64,000 nucleotides of DNA from Owenia fusiformis (taxonomy: Eukaryota), in the NCBI GenBank assembly GCA_903813345.2, contig CAIIXF020000001.1, positions 39,122,001-39,186,000 of the forward strand, read 5' to 3'. The notes beneath the pieces are model-generated. The model had not been told where the DNA came from and ran no database searches. It saw only the letters and a list, made by a program, of their open reading frames with translations. Made by a program: the position numbers and the translations under genes. Below are positions 14,041 to 28,106 of this stretch, piece after piece. Numbering within the stretch: position 1 is the first letter of the stretch; each line of letters opens with the position of its first letter.

Positions 14041-15599
14041 GAATACATAGAGGTTATATAATGGGAGGGATGGAATATGAATTTTATCCTGAGGGAAAAT
14101 ATGATATTGGCAGAGGAAAATCATGAAATGTACATTCTGAATTTAAATGAATTAAAAATAATAAAGTATTTTCATTATTTTAGGTACTTTTGTTCTCTTT
14201 CAGTGTTGCGTGGGAAGGAATATATTAATATAAATATCTCATTATTGGCAAATTGCCAATTTACTATATATTGTAATTCCAACCTCTATGAGACTAAATT
14301 CCTACAGATATTTGTGATATTTTAACCAAAAAGGTATATTTTGGTAGAAAATAATGAATTTTTTAAATTTGACCTTGACCTGGGGAATATGACCTTGACC
14401 TAAATTTTCATACATTCTTGGAACACATATATCACATAGATTAATTAAATAAAGAGAAAACTTGAAAATCAGGTGGGGCTTAAAATGGCCTTGTTTACCC
14501 AACTCCTTTGTTGATACATATATGATCTTTATAATGACTTTGACTATCAATTGCAAGTGGTTGGAATTTTGTCTCTATATGAACATTAATATTTTGACCA
14601 TGCCCTTAAGTGATGTGCTAAAAGATAAATCTGATTCCAGAAAAAACTACAATTTACAGTCATAACAATATTACAATTAAACAAAATTAGTGAAATAAAC
14701 TACAGTCTAATCAGAACCCTCAAGGCAGTTTTCAGAGCCTTAATAATGATCAAAATGTAATACATGGCTAATATACCATTAATTTGGGACAGAATGAGCT
14801 AATAATGATTTTTTAATGGTCATCTTTAAGATAAGAGTGTGTTTTCTGATTCAAGGGACACATAGGGTAAAGCATTTTCTCATGTTAGCCCACAGCAAAA
14901 TTTCATTAAGGCCCACAATATTTCTTAGTGATTTCACTTCTAATTATCACAATTCCTAAGGCATCAGCATACAAAATTCATCAGTGTCAAAAAAAATATG
15001 ACATTTTAAAGTAAGGTCTTTAGTTTTTCAGTGTGGAGTTGACATTTAGCCTTTTCCCTCACTATCTTCCACTTTCATTTCTTTCTTAAGCTCATTTCCA
15101 AAACATCTCCCTTTTGCCCCTTTCCCTCACATTATTGGACATATATCATGCAATATATAATAAAATTTGTATAAAAACAGTCAACCAAACAAAAGTATGG
15201 AAGTGTTAATATTCATGTACCAAAGAAATGTCTTTATTAACAATTAAAACATACTTCACAATATTTATCCAAATGGTGTATTTTAAAAAAAAATGTAGAT
15301 TACAACAAAATGATTTTTGTAAATTTTGCCAACCTGATGTCCAAGACACTTAAGAACATTATTTTATAGACTGTAACTATATCGAAAATATTTGGCAAAA
15401 TAGCATACTCAGTAAGGATGAAAAATTAGGGTTGTCTCCTGTGCCAAAAGACAAAATGTTAGAGGCATTAATTATTAAAAAAAAATAGTACCATGGGTAC
15501 TGGGCCCATATGGTGTTGCTCAAAAGTGAATGATGGCCAAAACGACAACAAATAAAATAAGCCACATGGTGAACATAATCGCACCCTTGAACAGAATAC

Positions 15600-16813
15600 A
15601 CTTTTCGGGATGGAAAATTCAAAATGGCCACCTTAACAATTACCCTGACTGCCTAAAAACTAATCAGTTCTAAACTTTCCATAGAAACATCTCTAAAATT
15701 TTAGGATGAATCCATGAAACCTGTAAACAACCCTCAAGAGACACGTTTTAAGGTATTACTTCACAGTGTATCAGCTTTTTTTCTACAATTCAGATTTTCT
15801 TGAAAAAAATGCTGGTAAAAGATATACTGATGTATTACAAAATATGTGAAAATTGGAAAGATTGACCGTTTAGTTACTTCTAAAAAAATGTTTTAATTTA
15901 ACATTGCTCTCAATTTTTTAAAACAAGCCTTCACAGACACAATTTTAGGACGAAAAATCCAAAATGGCCGCCTTAACATTTACCAAGAATGCCGAAAAAC
16001 TAAACAGTTCTAAACTTTTATAGGTAGAAACATCCATGAGAATTTCAAATGAATCCCACAAACGGTTTGGCTGGAAACCTGTAGACAAGCCTTGACAGAC
16101 AAGATTTTAGGACGGAAAATCCAAAATGGCCGTCTTAGCATTTATCCAGAATGTCAAAAAACTAATCAGTTCTAAACTTTCATAGATAGAAATATCCCTG
16201 AGAATTTCATATGGATCCCTAAAACTGTTTGGCTGGAAACCTGTAGACAAGCCTTGACAGACAAGATTTTAGGACGGAAAATCCAAAATGGCCGCCTTAA
16301 CATTTACCTAGAATGCCGAAAAACTAATCAGTTCTAAACTTTCATAGGTAAAAACATCCCTGAGAATTTCAAATGAATCTCTCAAACGGTTTGGCTGGAA
16401 ACCTGAAGACAAGCCTTAACAGACAAGATTTTAGGACGGAAAATCCAAAATGGCCGCCTTAACATTCACCCAGAATGCCGAAAAACTAATCACTTCTAAA
16501 CTTTTATAGGTAGAAACATCCCTGAGAATTTCAAATGAATCCCTCAAACGGTTTGGCTGGAAACCTGTAGACAAGCCTTGACAGACAAGATTTTAAGACG
16601 GAAAATCCAAAATGGCCGCCTTAACATTTACCCAGAATGCCGAAAAACTAATCAGTTCTGAACTTTCATAGGTAGAAACATCCCTGAGAATTTCAAATGA
16701 ATCCCTGAAACGGTTTGGCTGGAAACCTGTAGACAAGAGTATTCTGGACGCCCGCTCGCCCGCCCAACCGCCCGGCAAACTGATTACAATATAGCACCTT
16801 AGGGTGCGATAAA
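15600..16813 (-). repeat. 162-bp satellite array inside a HINE-like element
   Basis: aaatccaaaatggccgccttaacatt at ~15955, 16117, 16279, 16441 and 16603, with a degenerate copy near 15615. Followed by a (CGCC)n microsatellite and the hairpin tagcaccttagggtgcga. Confidence 0.9.
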
Positions 16814-17135
16814 AATTATTAAAATAAAAAAACTGTTCATAGATATAATTATAAAAAAATTTAAATATATTAAGTTTAAAAGCAGTTTTTGATTTAGAGA
16901 AAGAGGCTGATTTTGTTTTGTGAATATGTTTATAATTGTTTGTGCTTAATAAACTGTTTACATAAATAGAACTTTGGGTACTGGGCTCACATGGTGTTGC
17001 TAAGAGTGAATGATGGCTAAAATGGCAGAAAATAAAAAAGCCGATTTTTTGTAACAAACTTATTTCATACAACTACGCTTTACAGTGTCAAGGGTTTTTA
17101 CAATGCAGGACACCTGAAATTATTTGTAAAGCTAG

Positions 17136-20100
17136 GAAATGAGCCAAAAGTGAATTTCGTGAGACAAAAATGGCGACCATTTTGAAAATAGGTGAGCTTT
17201 TGAACCAGGAGTCATAGGGGAGTTTTCTATTTTGATGTTGAACAAATATAACTTAAAAAAGGAATCGTATCAACAGAGGTTTTAAGGCAAATGGTCCAAA
17301 AGTAGATTTTGCGAGACAGATGGACAATTCAATGTTAACTACAATGGCTGAAAATATTTCGCGAGACAAAAATGGGACCATTTTGAAAATAGGCGAGCTT
17401 TTCAACCAGGAGTCATATGCATGGCTTAAAGCAACAAATTTCAAATTTCCTGAAAATTGAATGGCGAAAGGTGCCCAAGCGAGCGTTGGGTTTTGGCGGG
17501 TCCTCCATCCAAGAAATTTTGGAATAAAAATTAGATTTGATCGAGTGCTTTTTAGAGTAATGTAGACCCATTACATATGCTTTCAAATTTGGAGGAAAAA
17601 GTATTTTCATAGGAAAAAATTTATCAAACATGACCTTAAATTTTGAAAACCTTGCTTGACCCCCTACTCCATCCCCCACCCTACCCCCTAGAAATAAATC
17701 CAAATTTGTATTGAACTCGATAGGGTCAGATTTTGGTCAATTTATTCCTGAAAGAACGATTCTCGGTTCTCCTGGGCTAATAATTTTTTAATGAAAAATA
17801 TAGAAATATTACCCAAATTAAACTATAAATATTCAAAAGAGGACATTTAAATCTACAAGATGTAAAATTTACAAATTGGTCTGAAGCAGGGATAACGTTC
17901 AATTTGACCGATTCAATAAAATACATGTCTCGATTTGGGGAAAAAAGTTCATCAGTGTACTGTGCTAATATTTTTTCGCGGAAAATCTAGAAATATTACC
18001 TAAATTAAATTATGACTGTTCAAAAGTAGACATTCAAATCTATATTATGTAAAAAATCAAATTTGTCCGAAGCAGAGATTGATGAACTTCGTTCTCCAAA
18101 CCGAGAATCGTCCTTTCCTGAAATTCCTGAAGCCTTTAAGCCATGCATATGGGAGTTTTCTGTATTGATGTTGAACAAAAATAACTTAAAATGTGAATCT
18201 TATCAACAGAGGTTTTAAAGAAAATGGTCCAAAAGTGAATTTTGCGAGGCAAAAATGGCGGCCATTTTGAAAATGGGTGAGCTTTTGAACTTTTGGTACT
18301 CAAGCAATAAGGTTTTAATACGGGCCAATTGTTGACAGACGGACGGATGGACAGACAGACGGACAAGTGAGTGATTGCAATAGCTCACATGTGAGCTAAA
18401 AAAGACAAGATTTATTGAGAAACCTTCAAAATGGCCACCAGAAAACAAGATGGCTCTCCAAAAGTTGATCAGCTCTAGAACTTGATATCCTCTATGATGT
18501 GTGCGAATTTGGAGAAAATCTGATGAAACAAAAGACCACTCAGTTGTAATATATGGAAGAATATATTCATATTGTACATGAAAGACATTTATATATTTCA
18601 GATTTAGGGCAATGAACCTATTATTATATAGCCTCTTGTAATTCAAGGAGTTTCAGCCATGTTAATTTTTTCGATAATAACAAGGCAGAAAGGCATCAAA
18701 ATATAAAAGCCAGCGTACTTTATGTGCCAAACCACAAGCAATCAAAGATATATATATATACAAATGCCATTAGTGGGCAATATATTTTCCCATATATTAC
18801 CCCCGTGGTCTTTTGATTCCTTACTTTTTGGTTTTATTGACAAAAATAGAACATTGAAATGGACTTAAGTCCAAAAGTGGTACTCAAGCAAGGTAAAGAA
18901 ATTAGAAAGGCATTAGAAATGAGTGTTTTTGCTATTATTTGCAATAAAAAATTTTATCTACAAAACAGCAGTATGTTTCAAACAGAATGTCTCTGTCCCA
19001 AATCAATTTACCTGGTATATATGCATAGCAAATAGTACAAGAAAATATTATAGTAGCTAGTTGCATATTTTTGTGTACTGTTATATCTTTCTGCAATCAT
19101 CTTTTACAATAATAACTAGTAAACAGCAACGCCAAAGCGTAGCAAATCACATTAAACAGCAATGGCTAGCATATTTACAAATGAAAAATATAGCAAATAT
19201 CGTAAAATAACACACATAAGAGAGGCCACCATTTGCAAAATGGTTGCTCAATAGCCAAGTTGCCATCAGAAAAAGGAATATGATTTTATGTAGGCACATA
19301 TAAAAAAATTATAAATCACAGACACGCACATGTAAATGGTAGCCATTTTTTAAAATGACTGCCCACTACCCAAAATGTCATGAAACAGTGTGCCATGCTT
19401 ACGAGTGTTCACATATCAAATATGAACAAAATCGCTCTATTGCTTTTTGAGTTATCGTAAAAAATGTAAAATAACACACAAGGGAAAATTTGCAATCTTT
19501 TTGAAACATTGTAACTTTCCACAAGGCATTTACATGACAAAATGTCACCACCTAGTTGCTCACAATATAATTAGTTGAATCTTATGTCAGACTTGAACTT
19601 CTGACAACTCATAGATGATTTTGAAAAAAAATACCTTTTTGACCTTGAGAAAGTCATTGAAGGTCAAACATTTTTTGAACCTTGAGAATCTCATTGAAGG
19701 TCAAATCTATAGTCAGATTTGAACTTTTGAGAACTTCTAGATGATTTTGAAAAATAAACTGGTCAATTTGAAGCAAGTTGAAAAAAGACCTTTTTTACTT
19801 GTTTTTACCTTGAGAAGGTCAAAAATGGGCTTTTTGACCTTTTTGACCTTATAAATAGTACCGTGGGTACTGGGCTCATTTGGGGTTGCTCAAAAGTGAA
19901 TGATGGCTAAAATGGCAAAAAAAACAGATATAATTTTTTGCCGATTTTTTGTAACAAAATTATTGTTACAGTGACATAGCTTTTTGCAATGCAGAACACC
20001 TGAAATTATTTGTAAAGCTAGAAAATGGGCCAAAAGTGAATTTCGCGAGACAAAAATGGCAACCATTTTGAAAATAGGTGAGCTTTTGAATAAGGAGTCA

Positions 20101-20462
20101 TAGGGGAATTTACTGTATTGCTGTTGAACAAAAATAACTTGAAACGGGAATCCTATCGACACAGGTTTTAAAGCAAATGGTCCAAAAGGAAATTTCGCGA
20201 GACAAAAATGGCGGCCATTTTAAAAAAGGGCAAGCTTTTGAACCAGGAGTCATAGGAGGGTTTTCTATATTGATGTTGAACAAAAATAACTTAAAACAGG
20301 AATCCTATTGACAGAGGTTTTAAAATGGGCCAATTGTTGACAGACAGACGGACGGATGAACGGACACAGACGGACGGACGGATGGATGGATGGACGGATG
20401 GACAGACAAACAGACAGACAGACAAGTGAGTGATTGCAATAGCTCACCATGTGAGCTAAAAA
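17136..20462 (-). mobile_element. Cluster of HINE-like fragments (at least two copies ending ggacggacagacaagtgagtgattgcaatagctcacatgtgagctaaaaa at ~18400 and ~20460)
   Basis: Shared terminal hairpin agctcac(c)atgtgagct, (GGAC/AGAC)n microsatellites and repeated aaaatggcggccattttgaaaa units. Confidence 0.6.
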
Positions 20463-20942
20463 AGATCACTGAAGGTCAAATCTTAAATATAAAGTCAGAT
20501 TTGAACTTCTGAAAACTGAAGTCAGTCTAAACAGTATTTGTTAAGTTAATGGACGTTTTAAAGGCCCCATATAAAGTTTAAACCACTTTGGCTTATATTG
20601 TAGTCTTACACAATGTTATCAAAGTGTGATATGTGAAACTTTTTTTTTAAATTTTACAAAAAGTGGTTTTTGATAGACTTTTTGTTCCAAAATTTGTGAA
20701 TTTATTTATAACCAACTTTTAGAGGTCACTCATATCTTCTAATTAGCCACAATTCATACCAATGCATAGCATTCATCCTCCTATGTTTTCGCCGAAAAAA
20801 TTAAGAAAATCGGTTCATAAATAAGCGAGAAATGAACTTATCAGTGCATGAAAATGGTTCTGAGAAAACTACATTTCAAAATTTTAGTACTCATAGAAAC
20901 CAATGGTACGATGATATGTGAGGTTATAAGTGAGGTTATAAG

Positions 20943-21247
20943 TTATTGAATGATTTGAAGTGCAATACAGGATATATTCTGCTCGAGAAATTTTTGGAAC
21001 GAGACGAAGTCGAGTGACAATACAGAAAATCGAGACAGAATATATCCTGTATTGCACTTCAAATCATTCAATAACGTTTTTTTATCGTGTGATCCTCTGT
21101 ATTGCTACTGAGATTGTCCCCTCCGTACCAATATGTTCTGTATTGCGACAGAGATGATCAACGGGGACAATCTAAGTAGCAATACAGATTGGTATAGTAC
21201 AAGAACTGACCAATCAGAAGGCTTCATTTTACAGATCATACGATAAA
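20943..21247. mobile_element. Hairpin-ended non-autonomous element (Crypton-like)
   Basis: ttattgaatgatttgaagtgcaatacaggatatattctg (20943-20981) is perfectly inverted at ~21036-21074; a second internal inverted repeat follows. The family label is inference. Confidence 0.5.
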
Positions 21248-21997
21248 TCTAAATCTTGTTGGGTGCCAGTTCTGATCCAATATCAAAACAATACCCTTGC
21301 ATTGGACAGCTCATTTTGATTTACAGTTTTTAAGTCAAAACATATATTGTGCAAAATGATTATTTTATGAATTTTTGATTGTAATCCTGGGATAAACCGA
21401 ATATCAAATCATTCCTAGTGATATCATCTATTGTATCTATTGTTCGTAGATATCAAATATTAACACAATCGTGTTAGATATTTGAAAGCAAATGTGAAAC
21501 ATTGTTGTTTATGTTATTAACCCTCAGTGTTTTTTCTGCACTTGTGGGGCATAACAGAAATCATTAAAAAATGTATTGAAATAATTCAAAATCTATTCAA
21601 TATCACACATAGATGATTTTATCTGTATAGTCTATAGAGATATACATATTGTGTAGGATTTTCTAATAGTTTGAGTGCTATTGGTCTATCACTGTCAGTA
21701 TCATTTACATCATTCACAGTATATTCATTTCCCCAAGGAATGTTGATAACATTTTCTGTAACCAATCAAATGAAGGTGTTCTAAGTAAAAGATAACACAC
21801 AACATACAATGTGTTAATTAAGGTGTAAATGAGCCATAGAAAATATTAACCTAATTTGCCATTGCCTCCCCTTACATGGAAATGATCGATACAATTGATA
21901 CAATCAAAATGTAACTGAGATAATAAAAAATTACCCTGCGTGCAGAGTCTAGTTAAAGTACACTCTGCCTAGTAGAGACCATATTACAGTTTAGTAG

Positions 21998-22232
21998 CCC
22001 CGCCCCCACGACGGGTATTGGTGACAGTTTGGGTAATAAATTACTTCTGACATACGCACTGACCTTTCTTCCACCAATCAGTGAGCTTGAAAAAACATAC
22101 GCCAAATGCGTTCTAATTAAATATGCGCATGTCATTGGTCAATTCCGGGCTCAATGATGACGTCAGAAGGAATGACCATATATAGGACGTCGGTCAAATT
22201 TGGCCGACGAACACTGATTTGCGCGGTGAGTT
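21998..22232 (+). promoter_or_regulatory. Candidate Pol II promoter antisense to the receptor gene, within its intron
   Basis: CpG-rich patch with a GC box (21998-22007), CCAAT (22074), inverted CCAAT (22134), a perfect CRE TGACGTCA (22158-22165), TATATA (22179-22184) and a donor-like G|GTGAGT at 22226. Confidence 0.45.
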
Positions 22233-22738
22233 CGCAGGTTTATTTTAGTTTGAAAAGTGAAGACGAAGCTCTCTTTTAAGAAGTGAAGTCAAACGAACGG
22301 AAAGGGTAATAAAAAACAAATTAGGACTATGTATTTTTTATTTTTGCATTAATCTTTGGTGAGGCATGTTTTTTAAAGAGTCAAAATAGTTTGGCAGCCA
22401 GTTAGCAACTATAGACCCTTTACTGGTCAGTGTCTTCTTTTATCATTCACTTGTTATAGTAGAGAAATGTGCACAGATTATTTTAAATATTTCATCAGAT
22501 TAAGCATAGATGGGTAATTATGAAAACCTAGGCAAATGTCATTGAAATGAGATTCCAATGAGATTAAAATGAATCTACAGAAGAAACCTGTAACATCATC
22601 AAACAATGCTACCAAAGTGTCATATATCAGCCATCATGATAAACCATGACATCTCAAATCTTCTCAGCCCATGTTTCAGGTGAAACAGAAAGATGCTATG
22701 AGTATCAGAATTTATATCAGCATTAACTTGAATCTTAC

Positions 22739-22832
22739 CTCCGTATAAATCATATATGTTGGCATTTGTTGCTGTAGGGATCATGCAGAACATAGCCAAG
22801 AAAATAAGGCATCGTATCTGCAGTTCCTCCAT
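22739..22832 (-). CDS. Type I cytokine receptor-like gene, coding exon 1 (start codon and signal peptide)
   Basis: ATG at 22832-22830 gives MEELQIRCLIFLAMFCMIPTATNANIYDLYG, with a hydrophobic core and an A-x-A cleavage-like site. It ends at a G|GTAAGA donor (phase 1) that joins the Ig exon in frame. A plausible acceptor (ctctttacgtttcag) opens the exon at 22959. Confidence 0.75.
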
Positions 22833-25800
22833 GGAGCTACTCCTCAATCTACCAGCTTGTCCTCCTAGTGGTCTTGTTGCTACTGCATTCTCAGTTGCCA
22901 GATTCTCCCTTTTCACCTGTTAGCAGGTGCACCTTATCCACATTGGTAATCCCAGCATACTGAAACGTAAAGAGACAGCATTATGGTTTAATACATACGC
23001 TATTCAGGAAACATGAGAGACAATGCTTTCTTCCTATTACAGCATATATATATAATTCTAATAAAAGCTTTGCTTTAATAAGTATATTATAACTTATACT
23101 GAAATATAACTGACTGGCATTATTTCATTTGGATAGAGATAAACTGACTGCTGGATAGACTGATGAAGACCTTCAATATATTCTCACAACCTTAGCTGCA
23201 ACAAAAATATCTGTTGTCATGCTACAAACACATATAAAAACCTGTATGTTGACAAATATGTAAGAGACAAAAATGATCCACATAAATTGTCTATGTGTGT
23301 AGTAAGAGAGAGTTATCTTACAGACTCCTGATATATGGCATTAATCTGCACAAGGCAAGGCTAAATTAAAGAGCATAGATACATGTAGCTAAAATATTTT
23401 AAGTTCATATAAAAATTAATAATACCTGCCTATACCCTTTCATTTAATATAAAATGAATCTATCTTAAAGCTTAATGTTTGCATGAAACATTTAGCCTAA
23501 TTATACTGTATAGGTTTAGTTAGGCAAATTGTGGGTAAGTGCTTCAATTTCAACAATTTTGTAGAAAAGTATTTGTCAAGATGTCAAAAAATAAGATTTC
23601 AGAAAACTAACCGTGAAACTGAGTTGAATACTATCATCTTTTAACTCATCTATATGACTATTGTTATTAGAATATTATTGGGTCTAGGCAATTGCCCCTA
23701 TATCAAACTTGTCTAAAGGGGAGGGGTGTTGAGGGCAACTGCCCCCGCCCCTTCTAAAAGATGTTTTTAGAGATTTGTATTTATGATGCAAATATGGCTC
23801 TCAGACATGCTCAAAATGTACCCACTTAGCTTGCGGCACTACTCACAGTGTGTGCCAGCGGTGCAATTTAATAAACACAAGAAACAAAAATATTTATCCT
23901 AATCATGTACTTGTTAGAAAGAGAGACACCTATATCTTTATGTTTCCTCTGAGAGCAATGTCACACTAAAAAATTCAGTTTAGACGAGTATTGAAACGAT
24001 AATGAAATGGATAATAGAATGGAAATGTAGGTTCAGCAATATTCAACAGAACTTCCAGAAATATGACATATAAGACTTTGTTCATTTAAACTAAGTTGAA
24101 GACATGTCTTTCAAAATAGAATTGATAATCCTTTTTTAGAAATACTGTATGATCATTAGCTGGGACGAGTCTACACCTGTAGTAATTTGGTTTAACTATA
24201 ACTATATGTTCGGCATTCTAATGCGTTTCAAATGTTAATCACTCCTAATCCTCTCATTGTCTACATCTTTCAGTTTTTCACAAAGCGTGCACTAATTTAA
24301 ATAAAAAAACGAGAAAACCCAGTGATAGTAGGTCATTAAATTTTCTCACTGAACTTTCTCATTTTTGTACATTTTATGAAAAAAATATTCTTTACGCTCT
24401 TTTTAGGTATTTTAGTGCACTCTGTGCTAAACTGAAAGATGTAGAAAATGTGAGGAAGGAGTGATAATATTTGAAAAAATAAACATGCAACTCAATAGAG
24501 GATTGCAACAAAATTCTGAACATATTAGACTGACCTTAAATCGACTTATAAATGTAGCGAAATACAAATAATATGGCTTGAATAAACTATTTAATGTAGC
24601 AAATAAAAATAACATGCTTTCAAATGTGTTTGCTTTTAATCTTTAACACATAGAATTGACATCTAATTATATTTGATTATTATTATATTATATTTATTAA
24701 GGTGCCATGGAAGTTAACAGGAAATGACAAAACAAAAAGTGACAAAACCATGCTGGATTTTGAAAATCTTTTGAACCAAGATAACAGATTTCTGTTTGGA
24801 CCTCCAGTCAGTTTAACTAGTTCCACTAATATCATTTACATGACCGAAAACACAATGGGCCTTGAAGACAACTTGACCTAGTAAGGCCATTGGCAGTTGA
24901 ATACTACAGATACTGTCTGTTGAACATTCTAAAAAGATATCAAATACTTACATATTTCCACATGGATTTCAATCTTTAATCTTCAACATTAGAAGCATGT
25001 ATTGATCTCCTTTAATGACATAAAGACATGAAACCTACCTTTTAGATGAATTACCTGGAGTAGATGATGTTATTTTATACTTTATTGATTTTTGAACTGC
25101 TAAAGAAGTCTGCGCATATTTGATATCTCTGAACTTTGGATCTATATAAGCCAAGCTTAAAGATACAGACCATGATTAAAATTAAATAGCTATTAGTAAT
25201 GTTACAAAGTACACTGAGAATTCTTATGATCCCATGAACTGTTTCAGATCATATCCAGCCTTGTATTGGTATGATATAAATCAACATTTTGCAGAGTTTG
25301 GGCTCTAGTTATAAAACAGAAAATAATAAACATACAAATGTACAATATATAGATATACATGAAAGGCTTATATGTTGTATTATAGCAAATTCTAAGGTGG
25401 TAAGCATAATAAGTCTGGATTGCAATATGATCGACCCATTATGCATTTTTATTGCACCTTGTGGCATAGATGTTATTACGACCTGGTTGAAAATATAGAT
25501 GAATAATTCTACTAACAGATATGCCACCCCTGAAGAAACAAGCTTGTAAGCCTGTATGCTTGTATTTTAGCATTTACCCTTTTCATAGTAGAAACCCTAA
25601 AACTACTCTAATTTTCAACAAGAACAGATCAAATCTTAATAAAAAAAACTGAGATGTTTTTCAAATGTTTTAGTACAGATGAATACAATAGCATTTCAGA
25701 GAAATAAGTATACAAGTGCATTTAGAATGTCATGATGCCTGTTAATGACATTATGAAAAATCTTTTAGCAGAACATAATACAATATGAATGAATTATCTG

Positions 25801-28106
25801 TATCATATTCTGATCATACATGTCTTTAACTGTAAATCACAATCAGAAATCACAAGATGCAAAGCTACATCGAGTGTTCAAATTATCATATAGAATATTG
25901 TATAATAGATAATATTATACAAGATAATAGCAGCACCAAGGCATAACAAATCCCATTGAACAACTAATGAGAGTCAGACACTTCCTTTGGAAATCGTGTC
26001 TCAAAAGAGGACATTTAAATCTACAAGATAAAAATATCAAAATTGTCTGAAGCATATGCAGTAGACCGATTCAAAAAAGACAAGTCTCGATTTGGATAGA
26101 GAAGTTCATCAGTGCACTGCGCTAATAATTTTTTATGAAAGATATAGAAATATCACCCAAATTAAATTATGGATATTCAAAAGAGGACATTAAAATCTAC
26201 AATATGTAAAAATATCAAAATTTTGCCTGTTGTTTTCATTTACTTACAGTAGCCTGTTGGGGGAAATTCTAGTGAAACCCTAGTTCAACAAGTTAAACCT
26301 AGTCTGGGCCTTATTTCTTATCTGACATATCTTGTGGCCCGCTCTAAGTTTAACGTCTGTGCCCTTGATGCAAAATTTTTTAATGGTGGCCTATAGCAGC
26401 GCATGGAATTCCATGCACATTTTATTAATAACTTATAGTGAGAATTTGCAACCAATGAAAGCATAGCACGGAAGTTAAACCCAATCACGGCAACAAGAAC
26501 ACTCAGATTAATAAATGAAAGCCGTGGTATTGGGTTAACTTGTTGAACTAGTGAAACCCCTGCACATCTTCCGGTTGAATACTTTCTTTCCAATTTGTTC
26601 AGATTCGTCACTTTTGTACAATAGCAGCCAATAATATGTCCATTTTCAACTACTTTCAAAGAACCAATGACAATTTACTAATCAAACGAAAGTCAACAGA
26701 TAGCAACATTGATAAAATTGGGCTCATATCCTTTGAAGTTCGCCAGATTTTTCAATATTACAAGTCACGCCATATGTTCAAGAGCAAATCTGCCAAAATA
26801 AGTAGCACCAAATATTACCACCATCCAGAGTGAACCACCTCTCAAATATATAACAGTCAAACATGGATGAGAATCTTAGACTAGCATAAAGTACAACAAT
26901 GTGCACTAAAATATGGTTTTCTACACAGGAATTCGTCTAGAAGGAAAAAGAAGTCAATAGAGCAAGCCTTGACTCAATAATCATATAAAAGTAAAAAGGA
27001 AGTTATCCTCGTAAAGTTACCACATTTTGATCAAAGCCAAAAAATGCAGGAAAATGTAAAAAGTATTCATACTGCAGCACCTCATTGGATAGGTTATAAG
27101 CACATAATGCAATAAGATGACGAAAATTGTGTTCAGACACCTTAATAGTGATATTTTGTAAAAAAAATGTGAAACTGACAATTTTTTTCAAAAAACATAA
27201 TCAACCTCTGTTTTGATAATTTTCTACAATTACATTTTTCTTTTCTGACATTATTTTGTCAGCTGTGACTTACCCGATTTTCCAGATCATTCACTTATAT
27301 TGACAACTTCCTATTGTTGATGAAAATTATATCCGTTTCCTTACGAATTTTACTTATGTTTCAGAAATATCCATCTCAACAAAACCATCATAACATCACA
27401 AATATCCATAGATTTCGCAATTGTAGTGACCCGGATGTATACTCCCATACGCGGGAGTGCGGACAAATATTAGCCTCTGCTCGTACCACATGACACCTCA
27501 AAGGGGGAGGGGACAGATAAAATAAATAATAGAATGCTAATTTTATCAGCTGAGACGATATGTGAACCACTGAGTTTGCTTTTTTACAAAATTTTTACAT
27601 CTCATTGCTTCCAAAAGATTTGGAAGGAGGGTATTATTGTTCCGTTACATAAGGAGGGAGATAGATCTATCTTAAATGCCTAATCTAAAGTTCTGGAAAA
27701 GATTATTTATGATAGAATTTTCAATCACATGATCCAAAATAACCTCTTTTACAGTTTTCAGTCAGGATTTCTTCTTAATCATAATACCACTTCCCAACTT
27801 TCATATTTCATATGTCATTTGAAGAATGTAATCCTATTTTCTTTACTTTATTGCTATATTAATGTTATTGAAAATTGTATATCGGATGTATGTTTGGCCC
27901 TAAAGGGGCATCAGCATTCATAAATCCTATTATATATATATCATTCACTGTACTCAAGAAGAATTGAATAATGGAAACAATGTAAGAACTATCTTTCTTG
28001 ATTTAGCGTCAGCTTTTGACGCGCTGACCTGACTTTTACATCATCTTTAACAAACCTTGTTAATGAACTTATACTCTATTTGGGAGATGACCCCATTCCT
28101 AAAACT

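Noticed and set aside
15950..16740. Regularly spaced repeats resembling a CRISPR array
   Set aside because: The whole 162-bp monomer repeats (a satellite); there are no variable spacers.
1..20900. Inverted copies at 1-253 and 20561-20813 as TIRs of one 20-kb element
   Set aside because: The termini face the wrong way: the first is the right end of an element extending off the window and the second starts another copy.
24840..25150. Several minus-strand donor-like sites as 5' UTR exons of the receptor
   Set aside because: No way to choose among them without transcripts, and no coding signal.
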